A stretch of 32,887 nt of DNA from an uncultured Gemmatimonadota bacterium (GTDB taxonomy: Bacteria > Gemmatimonadota > Gemmatimonadetes > Palauibacterales > Palauibacteraceae), in the NCBI GenBank assembly GCA_964458875.1, contig CAYWLF010000002.1, positions 1 to 32,887 of the forward strand, read 5' to 3'. Every line of letters starts with the position of its first letter. Position 1 is the stretch's first letter. Shown here in pieces: positions 1-9,632 of this stretch. Position numbers and translations under genes: made by a program. The notes below the pieces were generated by a model. The model worked only from the letters and a program-made list of their open reading frames with translations, was not told the DNA's origin and did no database searches.

Positions 1-2
1 GG

Positions 3-1682
3 CGCCTGACGATACCGGCTGCTCCTCCTCCACCGGACTCGGTAGGCGTGCTCCCCTTCCTAAACCTCACCGGTGACCCGGAGTTCGAGTACGTCGTGGA
101 CGGCGTGACCGATGAGCTGATCGCCAACCTGTCGCGCCTGCCGAACTTGAGAGTGCCGGCCCAGACGTCCTCGTTTCACTTCAAGGACCGACCACTGGAC
201 GTTCGATCGATAGCCGATTCCCTCGGAGTCGACAAGATCTTGGAGGGTAGCGTCCGAGGGGATGAGCATGGAATCGTGGTAACGGCCCAGCTCATCGATG
301 CCGAATCCGGTTATCATCTCTGGACCGAGACGTACGAGAGGCAGGCGACTGACCTGCGGTCCCTTCAGGCGCACCTCATGCCGTCGCTCGCCGAGGAACT
401 CGGGATAGTCCTGCCCGCCGAAGGTCCGACAATCCGCGGTCAGAGCGCGAATTTCGCTTCTTGGCAGGACTACGAGAAGGCCAGGCACTGGTGGCTCAAG
501 CGGTCGCAGGTGGGAACCGACAGCGCCCTCCACTATTTCAGGCGGGCCATCGAACGGGATTCCTCCTACGCCCTGGCCTGGGCCGGTCTTGCCGGAGCTT
601 ACGCCACAGGCCTGTACTGGAAGCACGTCCCGAACACCGATTCCATCCACTCCGCCCGACGGGCGTCGGTCGATCGCGCGTGGGCCCTGGACTCAGACCT
701 ACCGGAAGTGATCGCGACTCGTGCTGCGCTCCTGTTCACCGACCGCGACGTGGAAGCTGCCGAACGAGAAGTGCTCCGGGCGATCGACCTGAATCCCAAC
801 TACCCCGATGCTCACCAGGTGTACGCGGAAATCCTCCACTACACAAAGCGTGGGGCGCAGGCAGTCCAGGAAGCGGGCGCCGCATACGCGTTGGACCCGA
901 TGTCGCCGTTTCGGAGTGCTTTCCTTGGAAACATGCTCAACGGAGAACTGCGCCTGGAAGAAGCCGTCGCGCAATGGGACTACGCCATAGCGCTGGAGCC
1001 GAATCACCTCGGGGCATACGGAATGAAGACGTGGGCCTTGATGTGCCTCGGCAGGTTCGACGAGGCCTCCGCTGCCTCGGCCACGATCGTGGCGGGTTCC
1101 GGGGTATCAGACCGCGATGCCCAGTACCTCTACTACCAGCGTGACTATGCAGCGGCGCTCGCACTGATCCACCGGCTACGCGAGGATTCTTCGGCAGTCA
1201 GCTACCGGAGTATCGGTAGGGGTCGTCACCGGACCGCGGGGGCGTCAGAGCCTCGTGTGGGTGCCCGGCTGGCGGCTTGGTCGCACGTGGAGCTCGAGCA
1301 ATGGAATCAGGCCATGGCCGAGTACAGGCTGTCCGCCGACGACTATCCGGGCGAGGCCAAGACAGCGATGGTTCTCGCATTCATCTACGCGAGCAGGGGG
1401 GAAGGCGAACGGGCAAGGGAGCTCCTCTCGGCACCTGGTGAGATCAAGGACCCGCCTGGCTTTCAGGCCCAGTCGTCCACCGTGTGGGCCGAATTGGGTG
1501 AGTACGACAAAGCTGTCGATGCCCTGGAGAAGGCGTACGCCGGCCGAAAGAGCAGCGTGATGTCATCGGCCATCAATCCTCGGATGGATGCCCTCCGCGG
1601 CATACCTCGATTCGAACGTTTTCTTGAGCGCATTGGACTGCCAAGGAGCGATGAAATCGCTGCGCTGCGGAGTCCCCGTTGA
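3..1682 (+). CDS. TolB-N-like periplasmic module plus TPR-repeat protein, 5' end cut by the window edge
   Basis: The frame is open from nt 3 with no upstream stop, so the GTG at 48 is probably internal. The N-terminal segment (VLPFLNLTGDPEFEYVVDGVTDELIANLSRL...ILEGSVRGD...AQLIDAESGYHLWTETYER) is the module commonly fused to kinase, cyclase or regulator domains. The remainder is TPR-like helical repeats. Stop TGA at 1680-1682. Confidence 0.6.
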   Translation, partial: RLTIPAAPPPPDSVGVLPFLNLTGDPEFEYVVDGVTDELIANLSRLPNLRVPAQTSSFHFKDRPLDVRSIADSLGVDKILEGSVRGDEHGIVVTAQLIDAESGYHLWTETYERQATDLRSLQAHLMPSLAEELGIVLPAEGPTIRGQSANFASWQDYEKARHWWLKRSQVGTDSALHYFRRAIERDSSYALAWAGLAGAYATGLYWKHVPNTDSIHSARRASVDRAWALDSDLPEVIATRAALLFTDRDVEAAEREVLRAIDLNPNYPDAHQVYAEILHYTKRGAQAVQEAGAAYALDPMSPFRSAFLGNMLNGELRLEEAVAQWDYAIALEPNHLGAYGMKTWALMCLGRFDEASAASATIVAGSGVSDRDAQYLYYQRDYAAALALIHRLREDSSAVSYRSIGRGRHRTAGASEPRVGARLAAWSHVELEQWNQAMAEYRLSADDYPGEAKTAMVLAFIYASRGEGERARELLSAPGEIKDPPGFQAQSSTVWAELGEYDKAVDALEKAYAGRKSSVMSSAINPRMDALRGIPRFERFLERIGLPRSDEIAALRSPR

Positions 1683-1715
1683 ACCCACCTTGATCAACCG
1701 CCGTACCCTCCCCCC

Positions 1716-2483
1716 ATGCCCCCCACGATCCGGGAGTGGCCGCCCAACGACAGGCCACGCGAGCGCCTCGCGGCGCAGCCTTCGACCGCGCTTTCCTCGC
1801 GTGAGTTGCTCGCCGTTCTCCTGGGCTCCGGTGGGGCGGGGCGCACGGCGCTGGACCTCGCCTCGGAAGTCCTGGTCCGCTATGGGGGCTCTCTCCGCCG
1901 CTTGGGGGCCGCTGATCCCGGGGAGCTTGCCACGGCCCCGGGAATCGGTCCGGCACGCGCCTGCGCGCTCGTGGCGGCGTTCGAGCTGGGTCGCCGCGCA
2001 ACGGCCGAGCCCGCGCGACGGGACCCCCGCATCCAGGGTCCGGGCGACGTATACCGGCGGCTCGGTCCAGCCCTTCGGGATCGGAAGCAGGAGGAGTTCT
2101 GGGCCGTCTACCTCGACACCCAGAACCGGGTGATCTCGGAGCGCTGCGTCACGGTTGGCCTTCTCAACTCCTCGCTCGTCCATCCCCGCGAGGTGTTCGC
2201 CCCGGCGATCGCCCACGCGGCGGCCAGTGTGGTGCTGGCCCACAACCACCCCAGCGGCGACCCCGATCCGTCGCCGGAAGACCTCGAGGTCACGTGGCAA
2301 CTCGTCGAGAGCGGCCGGCTGCTCGGGATTCCCGTCCGGGATCACATCATCATCGGGGATGGGCGGTTCACCAGCCTGCTCGAAAGGGGGCTGGTGCCCG
2401 GCGGAAGCGAAAGTCACCTCGTGCGCTCCGGGAATCGGACCCGTGTTGACGGGCGGGAGGCCCGCGAGCACCCTATACTGTAG
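1716..2483 (+). CDS. radC: RadC-family JAMM/MPN protein (UPF0758)
   Basis: ATG at 1716. Helix-hairpin-helix-like segment (LATAPGIGPARACALVAAFELGRR) and JAMM motif (HNHPSGDPDPSPEDLEVT). About 30 aa of C-terminal extension relative to a typical RadC. Confidence 0.9.
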   Translation: MPPTIREWPPNDRPRERLAAQPSTALSSRELLAVLLGSGGAGRTALDLASEVLVRYGGSLRRLGAADPGELATAPGIGPARACALVAAFELGRRATAEPARRDPRIQGPGDVYRRLGPALRDRKQEEFWAVYLDTQNRVISERCVTVGLLNSSLVHPREVFAPAIAHAAASVVLAHNHPSGDPDPSPEDLEVTWQLVESGRLLGIPVRDHIIIGDGRFTSLLERGLVPGGSESHLVRSGNRTRVDGREAREHPIL

Positions 2484-2551
2484 ACGGAGTTACCTGCCGC
2501 CCTCCCCCCGGACGGTCCGGGCTATTCTGACTCCCCGGGGAGGCTGTCCGC

Positions 2552-4000
2552 TTGAAGCACGTCACCATGCGAGTCCTTTCCGCCCTGTGGTTGCCCGCCC
2601 TCCTCTTGACCGGGTGCGGGTCTGACGAAAGCACGAATCCACCGGTGGAGCCCCCACCGGAACCGACCGGTCACATCGAGGTCACCCTGGCCGTCGGAGG
2701 CTTTCCACCAGACCCCGATGGCGTCCGCGTAGTCCTGGATGGCCGGGCGGGAGTCGTGTTGGGTAACGGCGAGAGCCACGTGTTCACCGATCTCACGCCG
2801 GGCTCGCATTCCGTCCACATCGACGGCGTAGCCTGGCACTGCGGGCTCGCAGACGAGTCCACGCGCGTCGTCGAGGTGCGGGTGGATCAGACCTCCCAGG
2901 TTGCGATCGCGGTGGAGTGCCAGAGCATCGGCGCTCTCACAGTGGGGACGAGCACAGCGGGATCCGCTGTCGATCCTGACGGGTACACGTTGGAGCTCGA
3001 AGGGCACGGCGCCGTTTCCGTGAGCGATGCCACAACGGCGATTTGGCCGGACCTGGAGGCCGGGCCTCACCAGGTGGTTCTCAGTGGCGTCGCGGATCAC
3101 TGCTGGATTCCAGGCGGGAGTGCGCTGACCGTGGACGTCGTCGCCGCGGAGTCGACGCACGTGAGCTTCGGCATCGCCTGTCCCCCGTTTCACGATCACA
3201 TTGCGTTCGGGAGCAGCCGCGATGGCGACGGCGATCTCTGGGTGATGCGAAGCAACGGCACGGGCCTGGTCAACCTCACGCCCGGTGCGTCCGGGGGAAA
3301 CGATCCCTCCTGGTCGCCCGATGCCACCCGGATCGCATTCGAAGGTGGGCCGCCGGACTACGGTATCTGGGTCATGGAGATGGACGGCTCTGAGACGCAG
3401 CGGATCTCGGACGGGAGGTCTCCCCAGTGGTCACCGGACGGCCAGCAGATCCTGTTCGTCGATGCCTGGGACGGCATATACGTGATGGACGCGGACGGAT
3501 CCAACTTGACGCACGTGATCGGGGCCTATTGCGAGTCCCCGCAATGGTCGCCCGACGGACTGCAGGTCGCGTTCACTTCGGGACAGGATTGCGGGGAGGG
3601 GGACCCGGACTACAGGAAGTCGATCTACGTGGCGAACCTCGACGGCAGCGGCAAGCGGCGCGTTACCTCGGGTGTCTCACCGCAGCTGTACGACAACGAG
3701 CCGGCCTGGTTTCCAGGCACGCGTATCGCGTTTCTCGGATGGGCCGAGGGATGGGCCTCAGCGGACATCTACTCCATCGCCCCCGATGGATCCGAGCTCC
3801 TGCAGTTGACGCACTCCCGGCCGGGCCAGGTCGCATACGAGCCCCAATGGTCGCCTGATGGGACCAGGGTCGTGTTCTCGCACAACCCGCGTGGGGATAC
3901 CCGGCAGATCTGCGTCGTCGGAGCGGACGGATCGGGGTACCACTGCCTGACTCGCGGCGATTTCTACCACGGCTATCCCAGTTGGTCTCCAGGCCCGTAA
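2552..4000 (+). CDS. Lipoprotein with two tandem beta-sandwich-like modules and a PD40/TolB-type beta-propeller
   Basis: TTG at 2552 lies 8 nt after GGAGG; ATG 2567 is an alternative start. Lipobox LLLTGC. Repeated WSPDA/WSPDG/WSPDGT PD40 signatures run through the C-terminal 270 aa. Confidence 0.75.
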   Translation: MKHVTMRVLSALWLPALLLTGCGSDESTNPPVEPPPEPTGHIEVTLAVGGFPPDPDGVRVVLDGRAGVVLGNGESHVFTDLTPGSHSVHIDGVAWHCGLADESTRVVEVRVDQTSQVAIAVECQSIGALTVGTSTAGSAVDPDGYTLELEGHGAVSVSDATTAIWPDLEAGPHQVVLSGVADHCWIPGGSALTVDVVAAESTHVSFGIACPPFHDHIAFGSSRDGDGDLWVMRSNGTGLVNLTPGASGGNDPSWSPDATRIAFEGGPPDYGIWVMEMDGSETQRISDGRSPQWSPDGQQILFVDAWDGIYVMDADGSNLTHVIGAYCESPQWSPDGLQVAFTSGQDCGEGDPDYRKSIYVANLDGSGKRRVTSGVSPQLYDNEPAWFPGTRIAFLGWAEGWASADIYSIAPDGSELLQLTHSRPGQVAYEPQWSPDGTRVVFSHNPRGDTRQICVVGADGSGYHCLTRGDFYHGYPSWSPGP

Positions 4001-4089
4001 CCTCGCAATTCCCGAGCACGGTATACTTTGCATGGCACGCGAGTTGCTCTCTATGTTGAGATGCACCGCGTGCTCCGCCAAGACTGACG

Positions 4090-6381
4090 TTGGGGCAAGT
4101 CGCTGCCCGACGCGGGTATGTGTACGGGACACTCGTTTCTCGAAGGGATGCCGTGGCCACGAAGTCCACCGAGGTCGAGAAGACGGACGGCTCCAGCCCC
4201 GTAGGGGACTCGGCCACGTCCATCCTCCCGCCGAAGTTCCTCGAGGCGATCGCTGGCAGCGAAGACCGCCTCGACCTCGATCTACTGGCCCTGGCATTCC
4301 AGTACGCGAGCGATAAGCACGAGGGCCAGAAGCGCAGCTCCGGCGAGGACTACATCACCCACTGCGTACAGGTCGCCACCATCCTCGGGGAGATCCACCG
4401 GGACACGGTGAGCATCGCGGCGTCTCTCTTGCACGATGTGGTCGAGGACAGCCGAACGACCGTCGAGGAGATCGAGCGGGAGTTCGGGAACGAGATCGCC
4501 ACCATAGTGGACGGATTGACGAAGATCTCGAGGGTAGAGATCCGGTCTCTCGCAGAGCGACAGGTGGAGACCTACCGAAAGCTGCTTCTGTCGATGGCAC
4601 GCGACGCGCGCGTGATCATCGTGAAGCTTGCCGATCGACTCCACAACATGCGCACGCTCGAGCACTTGAACCCGGCCAGCCAGAGGCGGATCGCACTCGA
4701 GACCCGTGACATCTATGCGCCCCTGGCCCACCGGCTCGGGATGGCGCGGGTGCGATGGGAGCTGGAGGACCTCGCCTTCAAGTTCCTCGAGGCCGAGGAG
4801 TACCGCTCCGTCGCCACGACGGTGTCCGACAAGCGGAGTGAACGGGAGAGCCTGATCGCGCAGATGGTCGCTCCGCTGAAGGAAGAGCTGAAGGTGGCCG
4901 GCCTGGACTGCGACGTGGAGGGGCGGGCCAAGCACCTGTGGTCGATCCACAGGAAGATGAGCAAGCGCGGGCGCCCGTACGAGGAGATCTACGATGGGCT
5001 GGCCGTCCGGGTGATCCTGCCCTCGGTTCGGGACTGCTACCACGCCCTGGGCGTCATCCATAACAAGTGGACTCCGCTGACGGAGCGGTTCCACGACTAC
5101 ATCGCGACCCCTAAATCGAACCTGTACCAGAGCCTCCACACCACGATCTTCGGACCGGGCGGGCGGCTGTACGAGATCCAGCTCCGCACCGAAGAGATGC
5201 ACCGCACGGCCGAACTCGGGATCGCCGCTCACTGGAGGTACAAGGAGAACCGGGAAGGAGACGAGGTCGACGAGAAGCTCACCTGGTTCCGGCAGGTGCT
5301 GGAGTGGCAGCAGGAGACACGTGAGCCCGAGGAGTTCCTGGAGTTCCTGAAGATCGACCTGTTCCAGGATGAGATCTTCGTGTTCACGCCCGCCGGCGAC
5401 GTGAAGCAGCTCCCGAAGGGCGCCACGCCGATCGATTTCGCCTATGCGGTGCACACCGAGGTCGGTCAGCGGTGCTCCGGCGCGAAGGTGAACGGGCGGA
5501 TCGCACCATTGTCCCGAGCCCTGAAGAACGGGGACACGGTAGAGATCCTCACTTCGGAGTCCCAGACTCCGTCTCGCGACTGGCTCGGTTTCGTGCAAAC
5601 GAGCCGGGCCCGCCATCGCGTCAGGCAGTGGATCCGGCGGGAGGAGTACGACTCTTCCGTCCGCCTGGGCCGAGAGATACTCGCCCGCGAATGGCGGTCC
5701 AAACGGTTGAAGCCGACCGAGGCTGAGATCGCCGCTGCTGTACGTTCCCTGAGGGTAACGGACGGCTCGGACGGACTGTTCGCCGCCGTCGGCCGAGGGG
5801 ACATCGGCATGACGAAGGTCATGCGGGCGTTGTTCCCGGAGGACGCACCCGAGCGCGAGAAGCAGGACCACCCGCTGTCGAAGTTCGTGAAGAAGGTATG
5901 GCGCGAACCGAAGGGTGTGCGGATCCAGGGGATGGACAATCTGATGGTCCGCTATTCCCAGTGCTGCCAACCAGTTCCTGGTGATGAGGTAATCGGATAC
6001 ATTACCGTTGGCCGAGGCATTTCGATTCACCGCCGTGACTGCCCCAACGTGCTCAACCTTCCGGACCTGCCGGAACGGCGGATCATGATCGATTGGGACG
6101 ACGACGGGGCACAGCGGTTCCTCGTCCGGATCGTCATGGAGGGCACTGACCGCCATGGCCTGTTCGCGGACATCGCGCGCTCGATCAGCGACACGGGCAC
6201 CAACATCCAGTCTGCGGACATCAAGTCCACCGAGGGGGGAATGACGGGGCAGTTTGTGGTGGAGGTCGAGAACCTGGCCCACCTCAAGAAGGTGATGCGC
6301 CAGATCCGGCGTGTGAAGGGCGTGATCACGGTGGAGCGGAAAGAGAGCTTCGGCGACAGCGATCTGACTCTCGAGGTGTGA
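4090..6381 (+). CDS. rel: Bifunctional (p)ppGpp synthetase/hydrolase, RelA/SpoT family
   Basis: HD hydrolase motif (LLHDVVEDS), synthetase motifs (DYIATPKSNLYQSLHTTI, QLRTEEMHRTAELGIAAHW), TGS (IFVFTPAGDVKQLPKGATPIDFAYAVH) and a C-terminal ACT-like domain. The start is uncertain: TTG 4090, GTG 4120, or GTG 4153 (AAGGGA just upstream). Confidence 0.93.
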   Translation: MGQVAARRGYVYGTLVSRRDAVATKSTEVEKTDGSSPVGDSATSILPPKFLEAIAGSEDRLDLDLLALAFQYASDKHEGQKRSSGEDYITHCVQVATILGEIHRDTVSIAASLLHDVVEDSRTTVEEIEREFGNEIATIVDGLTKISRVEIRSLAERQVETYRKLLLSMARDARVIIVKLADRLHNMRTLEHLNPASQRRIALETRDIYAPLAHRLGMARVRWELEDLAFKFLEAEEYRSVATTVSDKRSERESLIAQMVAPLKEELKVAGLDCDVEGRAKHLWSIHRKMSKRGRPYEEIYDGLAVRVILPSVRDCYHALGVIHNKWTPLTERFHDYIATPKSNLYQSLHTTIFGPGGRLYEIQLRTEEMHRTAELGIAAHWRYKENREGDEVDEKLTWFRQVLEWQQETREPEEFLEFLKIDLFQDEIFVFTPAGDVKQLPKGATPIDFAYAVHTEVGQRCSGAKVNGRIAPLSRALKNGDTVEILTSESQTPSRDWLGFVQTSRARHRVRQWIRREEYDSSVRLGREILAREWRSKRLKPTEAEIAAAVRSLRVTDGSDGLFAAVGRGDIGMTKVMRALFPEDAPEREKQDHPLSKFVKKVWREPKGVRIQGMDNLMVRYSQCCQPVPGDEVIGYITVGRGISIHRRDCPNVLNLPDLPERRIMIDWDDDGAQRFLVRIVMEGTDRHGLFADIARSISDTGTNIQSADIKSTEGGMTGQFVVEVENLAHLKKVMRQIRRVKGVITVERKESFGDSDLTLEV

Positions 6382-6395
6382 GTCTCTCCCCGCCC

Positions 6396-6995
6396 TCACT
6401 CAGACAGGCGTGCGATCTCCCGGTCGATTTCAGCCACCTCGGCCTCCAGTTCTGCCATCACGTCCATCGATTGCTGCGTTCGCGGGTCGGCACGTAGCAT
6501 CGCCGCCACCACGCTATCTCGCAGGGCTGCGAAGGCCTGGGCGACAGCCGGATCCCCAAACGCCCGGGTGACCACCGGCCTCAGCGCCCGCTCGACCTCG
6601 GCCAGTTCCTTCGCCACCGCCGCGCGTTCTTCCGGAGCCACCGGACGCGGATCTTCCTGGCCTTCCTGGAGCAGGGTGGGCGTGGCGAGGTCCTGCAGGT
6701 TGTGCCCCACCTCTCGGGCCCGATCGAGAAGCCCCACCGATTCCGGGTCTTCGCGGAGGACGAAGACCCGCAGCTCGGCGTTGAACGCGTCCTGGGCGGC
6801 TCGCACCCCGGGTTCCTCCAGCGTCTGCACCTGGACGCGTCGAATGACGTTCTGGACCGACGAGAACCGCATCAGCAGCGATCGTCTCTGGCTCCGCAGT
6901 TCAGCCAGCTCTTCCTGCCTCGCAGAATCGGAACACGAAATGACGACCGTGAGAAGCACGGTCAGCGCGATCGGAATACGCATGTGTCGAGTCAT
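6396..6995 (-). CDS. Hypothetical small helical lipoprotein
   Basis: 199 aa. Signal peptide with lipobox (LLTVVISC). The mature part is charged and helix-prone (AELRSQRRSLL..., ELEAEVAEIDREIARLSE). No recognisable catalytic motif. Convergent with rel and divergent from uvrB. Confidence 0.55.
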   Translation of the reverse strand: MTRHMRIPIALTVLLTVVISCSDSARQEELAELRSQRRSLLMRFSSVQNVIRRVQVQTLEEPGVRAAQDAFNAELRVFVLREDPESVGLLDRAREVGHNLQDLATPTLLQEGQEDPRPVAPEERAAVAKELAEVERALRPVVTRAFGDPAVAQAFAALRDSVVAAMLRADPRTQQSMDVMAELEAEVAEIDREIARLSE

Positions 6996-7122
6996 GTCGG
7001 CCTCTGGTGCAGCCCCTTGTACGAGCGGTAACGAGGCCGCAACGTGATCGGCGCGCCGTGATCAGTCAAGCGTGCCCGCCCGTCTTGCGGGCCGATCGCG
7101 CGGGGCCCTTACAGGAGATGAC

Positions 7123-9141
7123 GTGACGCCTGATCGTTTTGATCTCGAGCTTCCATTCGAACCGACCGGCGACCAACCGGAAGCCATCCGGTCGCTTGCC
7201 GATGGGGTGCGCAGGGGTGAGCGCTGGCAGACGCTGCTCGGCGTAACCGGGAGCGGGAAGACGGTGACCATGGCGGGGGTGATCCAGGAGACGGGCCTTC
7301 CGACCCTGGTGATGAGTCACAACAAGACGCTCGCCGCCCAGCTGTACGGCGAACTGAAGCAGTTCTTCCCGCGAAACGCCGTGGAGTACTTCATCTCCTA
7401 CTACGATTACTACCAGCCGGAAGCGTACGTGCCGACGACGGACACGTACATCGAGAAGGATGCGTCGATCAACGAAGACATCGATCGGCTTCGGCTGCGG
7501 GCCACGTCGTCCCTCATGGAGCGGAGTGACGTGATCGTGGTCGCCTCGGTGTCCGCGATCTACGGCCTGGGCGATCCTCGCTCTTATCGCTCCCAGATGC
7601 TCACCCTGGAGGTGGGCCAGCAGATCGGTCGCCGAGACATCCTCGCGGGGCTGGTACAGATTCAATATGGCCGGAACGACATCGACTTCCGACGCGGCAC
7701 GTTCCGGGTGCGTGGCGACGTGATCGAGGTGCTGCCGGCCTACGAGGAACAGGCCGTCCGCATCGAGCTGTTCGGTGACGAAGTTGAACGCATCACCAAG
7801 ATCGATCCCCTGACCGGGAAGGCCATCGCTTCGCTGCAGCGCACGGCCGTGTTTCCGGCCACCCACTACGCGGTCGATCCACAGCGCCTGGAGCGTGCGA
7901 TCGACGGAATCCTCACCGAGCTCGAGGTCCGTCTCATGGACCTGCGCACCGACGGACGGCTGTTGGAGGCCCAGAGGCTGGAACAGAGGACGCGGTTCGA
8001 TGTCGAGATGCTGCGTGAGATCGGGGTGTGCCAGGGGATCGAGAACTACTCGCTGTATTTCGACGGCCGGGAGCCGGGCGAGCGACCGTACTGTCTGCTC
8101 GACTACTTCCCCAAGGACTTCCTGGTGGTGGTCGACGAGTCGCACGTCACGGTCCCTCAGATCGGTGCCATGTACAAGGGCGACCGGAGCCGCAAGACGA
8201 CCCTGGTCGAGTTCGGTTTCCGCCTGCCGTCCGCGCTGGACAACCGGCCGCTGGATTTTGAAGAGTGGGAGGGAATCGTACCGGCCGTCGTGTTCGTCAG
8301 CGCGACTCCAGGCGATCACGAGTTCCGGCGTTCGGATGGGGTCGTGGTCGAGCAGCTCATCCGCCCCACCGGGCTGCTGGACCCGGCGGTCGAGATCCGG
8401 CCCGTGTCGGGCCAGGTGGACGACCTGCTCGAGGAGATCCGGAGCCGCACCGAGCGTTCGGAGAGGATCCTCGTCACTACGCTGACCAAGCGCATGGCGG
8501 AAGATCTGTCTGAGTACCTCGCGGCCCGGGGCGTTCGGGTGCGCTATCTGCACAGCGACATCCACACGATCGAGCGGGTGGAGATCCTGCGCGAGCTGCG
8601 GCTCGGCGTGTTCGACGTCCTGGTGGGAATCAACCTCCTGCGGGAGGGGCTGGACCTTCCGGAGGTCTCGTTGGTGGCGATCCTGGACGCCGACAAGGAA
8701 GGTTTCCTGCGGTCAGACACGTCGCTGATTCAGACGATCGGTCGTGCCGCGCGCAACGCGGAAGGCAAGGCGGTCATGTACGCCGACCGTATCACGGGGT
8801 CCATGGAGCGGGCCATCCGTGAGACTGACCGGCGCAGGGAAGTCCAGGCCGTGTACAACGCCGAACACGGAATCGTGCCGCGGTCGATCGTGAAGTCGGT
8901 GGAGCAGATCCGCTTCACGACGTCGGTGGCGGATGCGCGGGTGGCCGAGTCGGCGCGTCCCGGAGATCGATACGCGGGGGCGGATCCGGCGGAGCTGGCG
9001 CATCAACTGGAGAACGAGATGAAGGAAGCGGCACAGTCCCTCGACTTCGAGCGGGCGGCGCGCCTTCGCGACGAGCTCTTCGAGGTGCGCGCGGCCATGG
9101 AGACGGGATCCAGGAAGTCGGGCGGGAGGCGTTCGAGGTGA
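7123..9141 (+). CDS. uvrB: Excinuclease ABC subunit B
   Basis: GTG at 7123 is preceded by AGGAG (7113-7117). The N-terminus ([14 protein letters not shown]...[10 protein letters not shown]) aligns with the canonical UvrB start. DESH box (VVVDESHVT), helicase motifs, and a C-terminal UVR domain ([13 protein letters not shown]). The ORF-track start at 7072 is an upstream extension. Confidence 0.95.
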   Translation: MTPDRFDLELPFEPTGDQPEAIRSLADGVRRGERWQTLLGVTGSGKTVTMAGVIQETGLPTLVMSHNKTLAAQLYGELKQFFPRNAVEYFISYYDYYQPEAYVPTTDTYIEKDASINEDIDRLRLRATSSLMERSDVIVVASVSAIYGLGDPRSYRSQMLTLEVGQQIGRRDILAGLVQIQYGRNDIDFRRGTFRVRGDVIEVLPAYEEQAVRIELFGDEVERITKIDPLTGKAIASLQRTAVFPATHYAVDPQRLERAIDGILTELEVRLMDLRTDGRLLEAQRLEQRTRFDVEMLREIGVCQGIENYSLYFDGREPGERPYCLLDYFPKDFLVVVDESHVTVPQIGAMYKGDRSRKTTLVEFGFRLPSALDNRPLDFEEWEGIVPAVVFVSATPGDHEFRRSDGVVVEQLIRPTGLLDPAVEIRPVSGQVDDLLEEIRSRTERSERILVTTLTKRMAEDLSEYLAARGVRVRYLHSDIHTIERVEILRELRLGVFDVLVGINLLREGLDLPEVSLVAILDADKEGFLRSDTSLIQTIGRAARNAEGKAVMYADRITGSMERAIRETDRRREVQAVYNAEHGIVPRSIVKSVEQIRFTTSVADARVAESARPGDRYAGADPAELAHQLENEMKEAAQSLDFERAARLRDELFEVRAAMETGSRKSGGRRSR

Positions 9142-9632
9142 GCGGAATCGACGTCGGCCCCCTCGCCCTGACCGAGCCGGACCTCGAGCGATACGGGCGT
9201 GACATCGGGGCGGCGGCACTCGGCGGCGGGGTGTTCGTCTGCCTGTGCGGCGCGCTCGGGGCAGGGAAGTCCACGCTGGCGCGCGCCGCCTGTCGCGGGG
9301 CGGGGGTGACGGGTGCGGTCCCCAGTCCCACGTTCACCCTCGTGAACCAATACGAGGGGCGGGGAGGGGCCATCGTGTATCACGCGGATCTGTACCGCGT
9401 TGACTCTGCAGAGGGCCTCCTGGATATGGGTTGGGAAGCCCTGCTGCAGGCTGACGGTCCCGTGTTCGTCGAGTGGGCCGACCGCGCACACGGATACCTG
9501 CCGGTGGACCGCTGGGACATCCGCCTGGACTTCGTGGACGACGCGGCGCTGCGGCTGGTCTCCGCACGGGTGTACGGAGCCGCGCCTCCCGTTCCGCAGC
9601 CCGCTGCCGCCGCGGAGGATCGATTGTGGTGA
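9138..9632 (+). CDS. tsaE: tRNA t6A37 threonylcarbamoyl-transfer ATPase TsaE (YjeE)
   Basis: Walker A ([13 protein letters not shown]), plus [10 protein letters not shown] and HADLYR motifs. The GTG start overlaps the uvrB stop (GTGA). Confidence 0.85.
   Translation: MSGIDVGPLALTEPDLERYGRDIGAAALGGGVFVCLCGALGAGKSTLARAACRGAGVTGAVPSPTFTLVNQYEGRGGAIVYHADLYRVDSAEGLLDMGWEALLQADGPVFVEWADRAHGYLPVDRWDIRLDFVDDAALRLVSARVYGAAPPVPQPAAAAEDRLW

Noticed and set aside
1563-2471. 302-aa minus-strand ORF opposite radC, together with similar antisense or alternate-frame ORFs (11747..12874, 12954..13670, 14693..15577, 16149..16790, 22610..23341, 25503..26150, 31025..32267)
   Set aside because: Each overlaps a plus-strand CDS that carries clear family motifs. 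None shows motifs, signal peptides or an RBS context of its own.
4282-6399. 705-aa ORF on the minus strand spanning almost the whole rel gene
   Set aside because: It is exactly antisense to a CDS with unambiguous RelA/SpoT motifs. Its translation is Arg/Leu/Pro/Gly/His-rich with no recognisable domain. This is typical stop-codon-poor antisense reading in high-GC DNA.
7066-8565. 499-aa minus-strand ORF opposite uvrB
   Set aside because: It is antisense to a strongly supported uvrB, has low-complexity Arg/Asp/Leu-rich composition, and has no RBS context.
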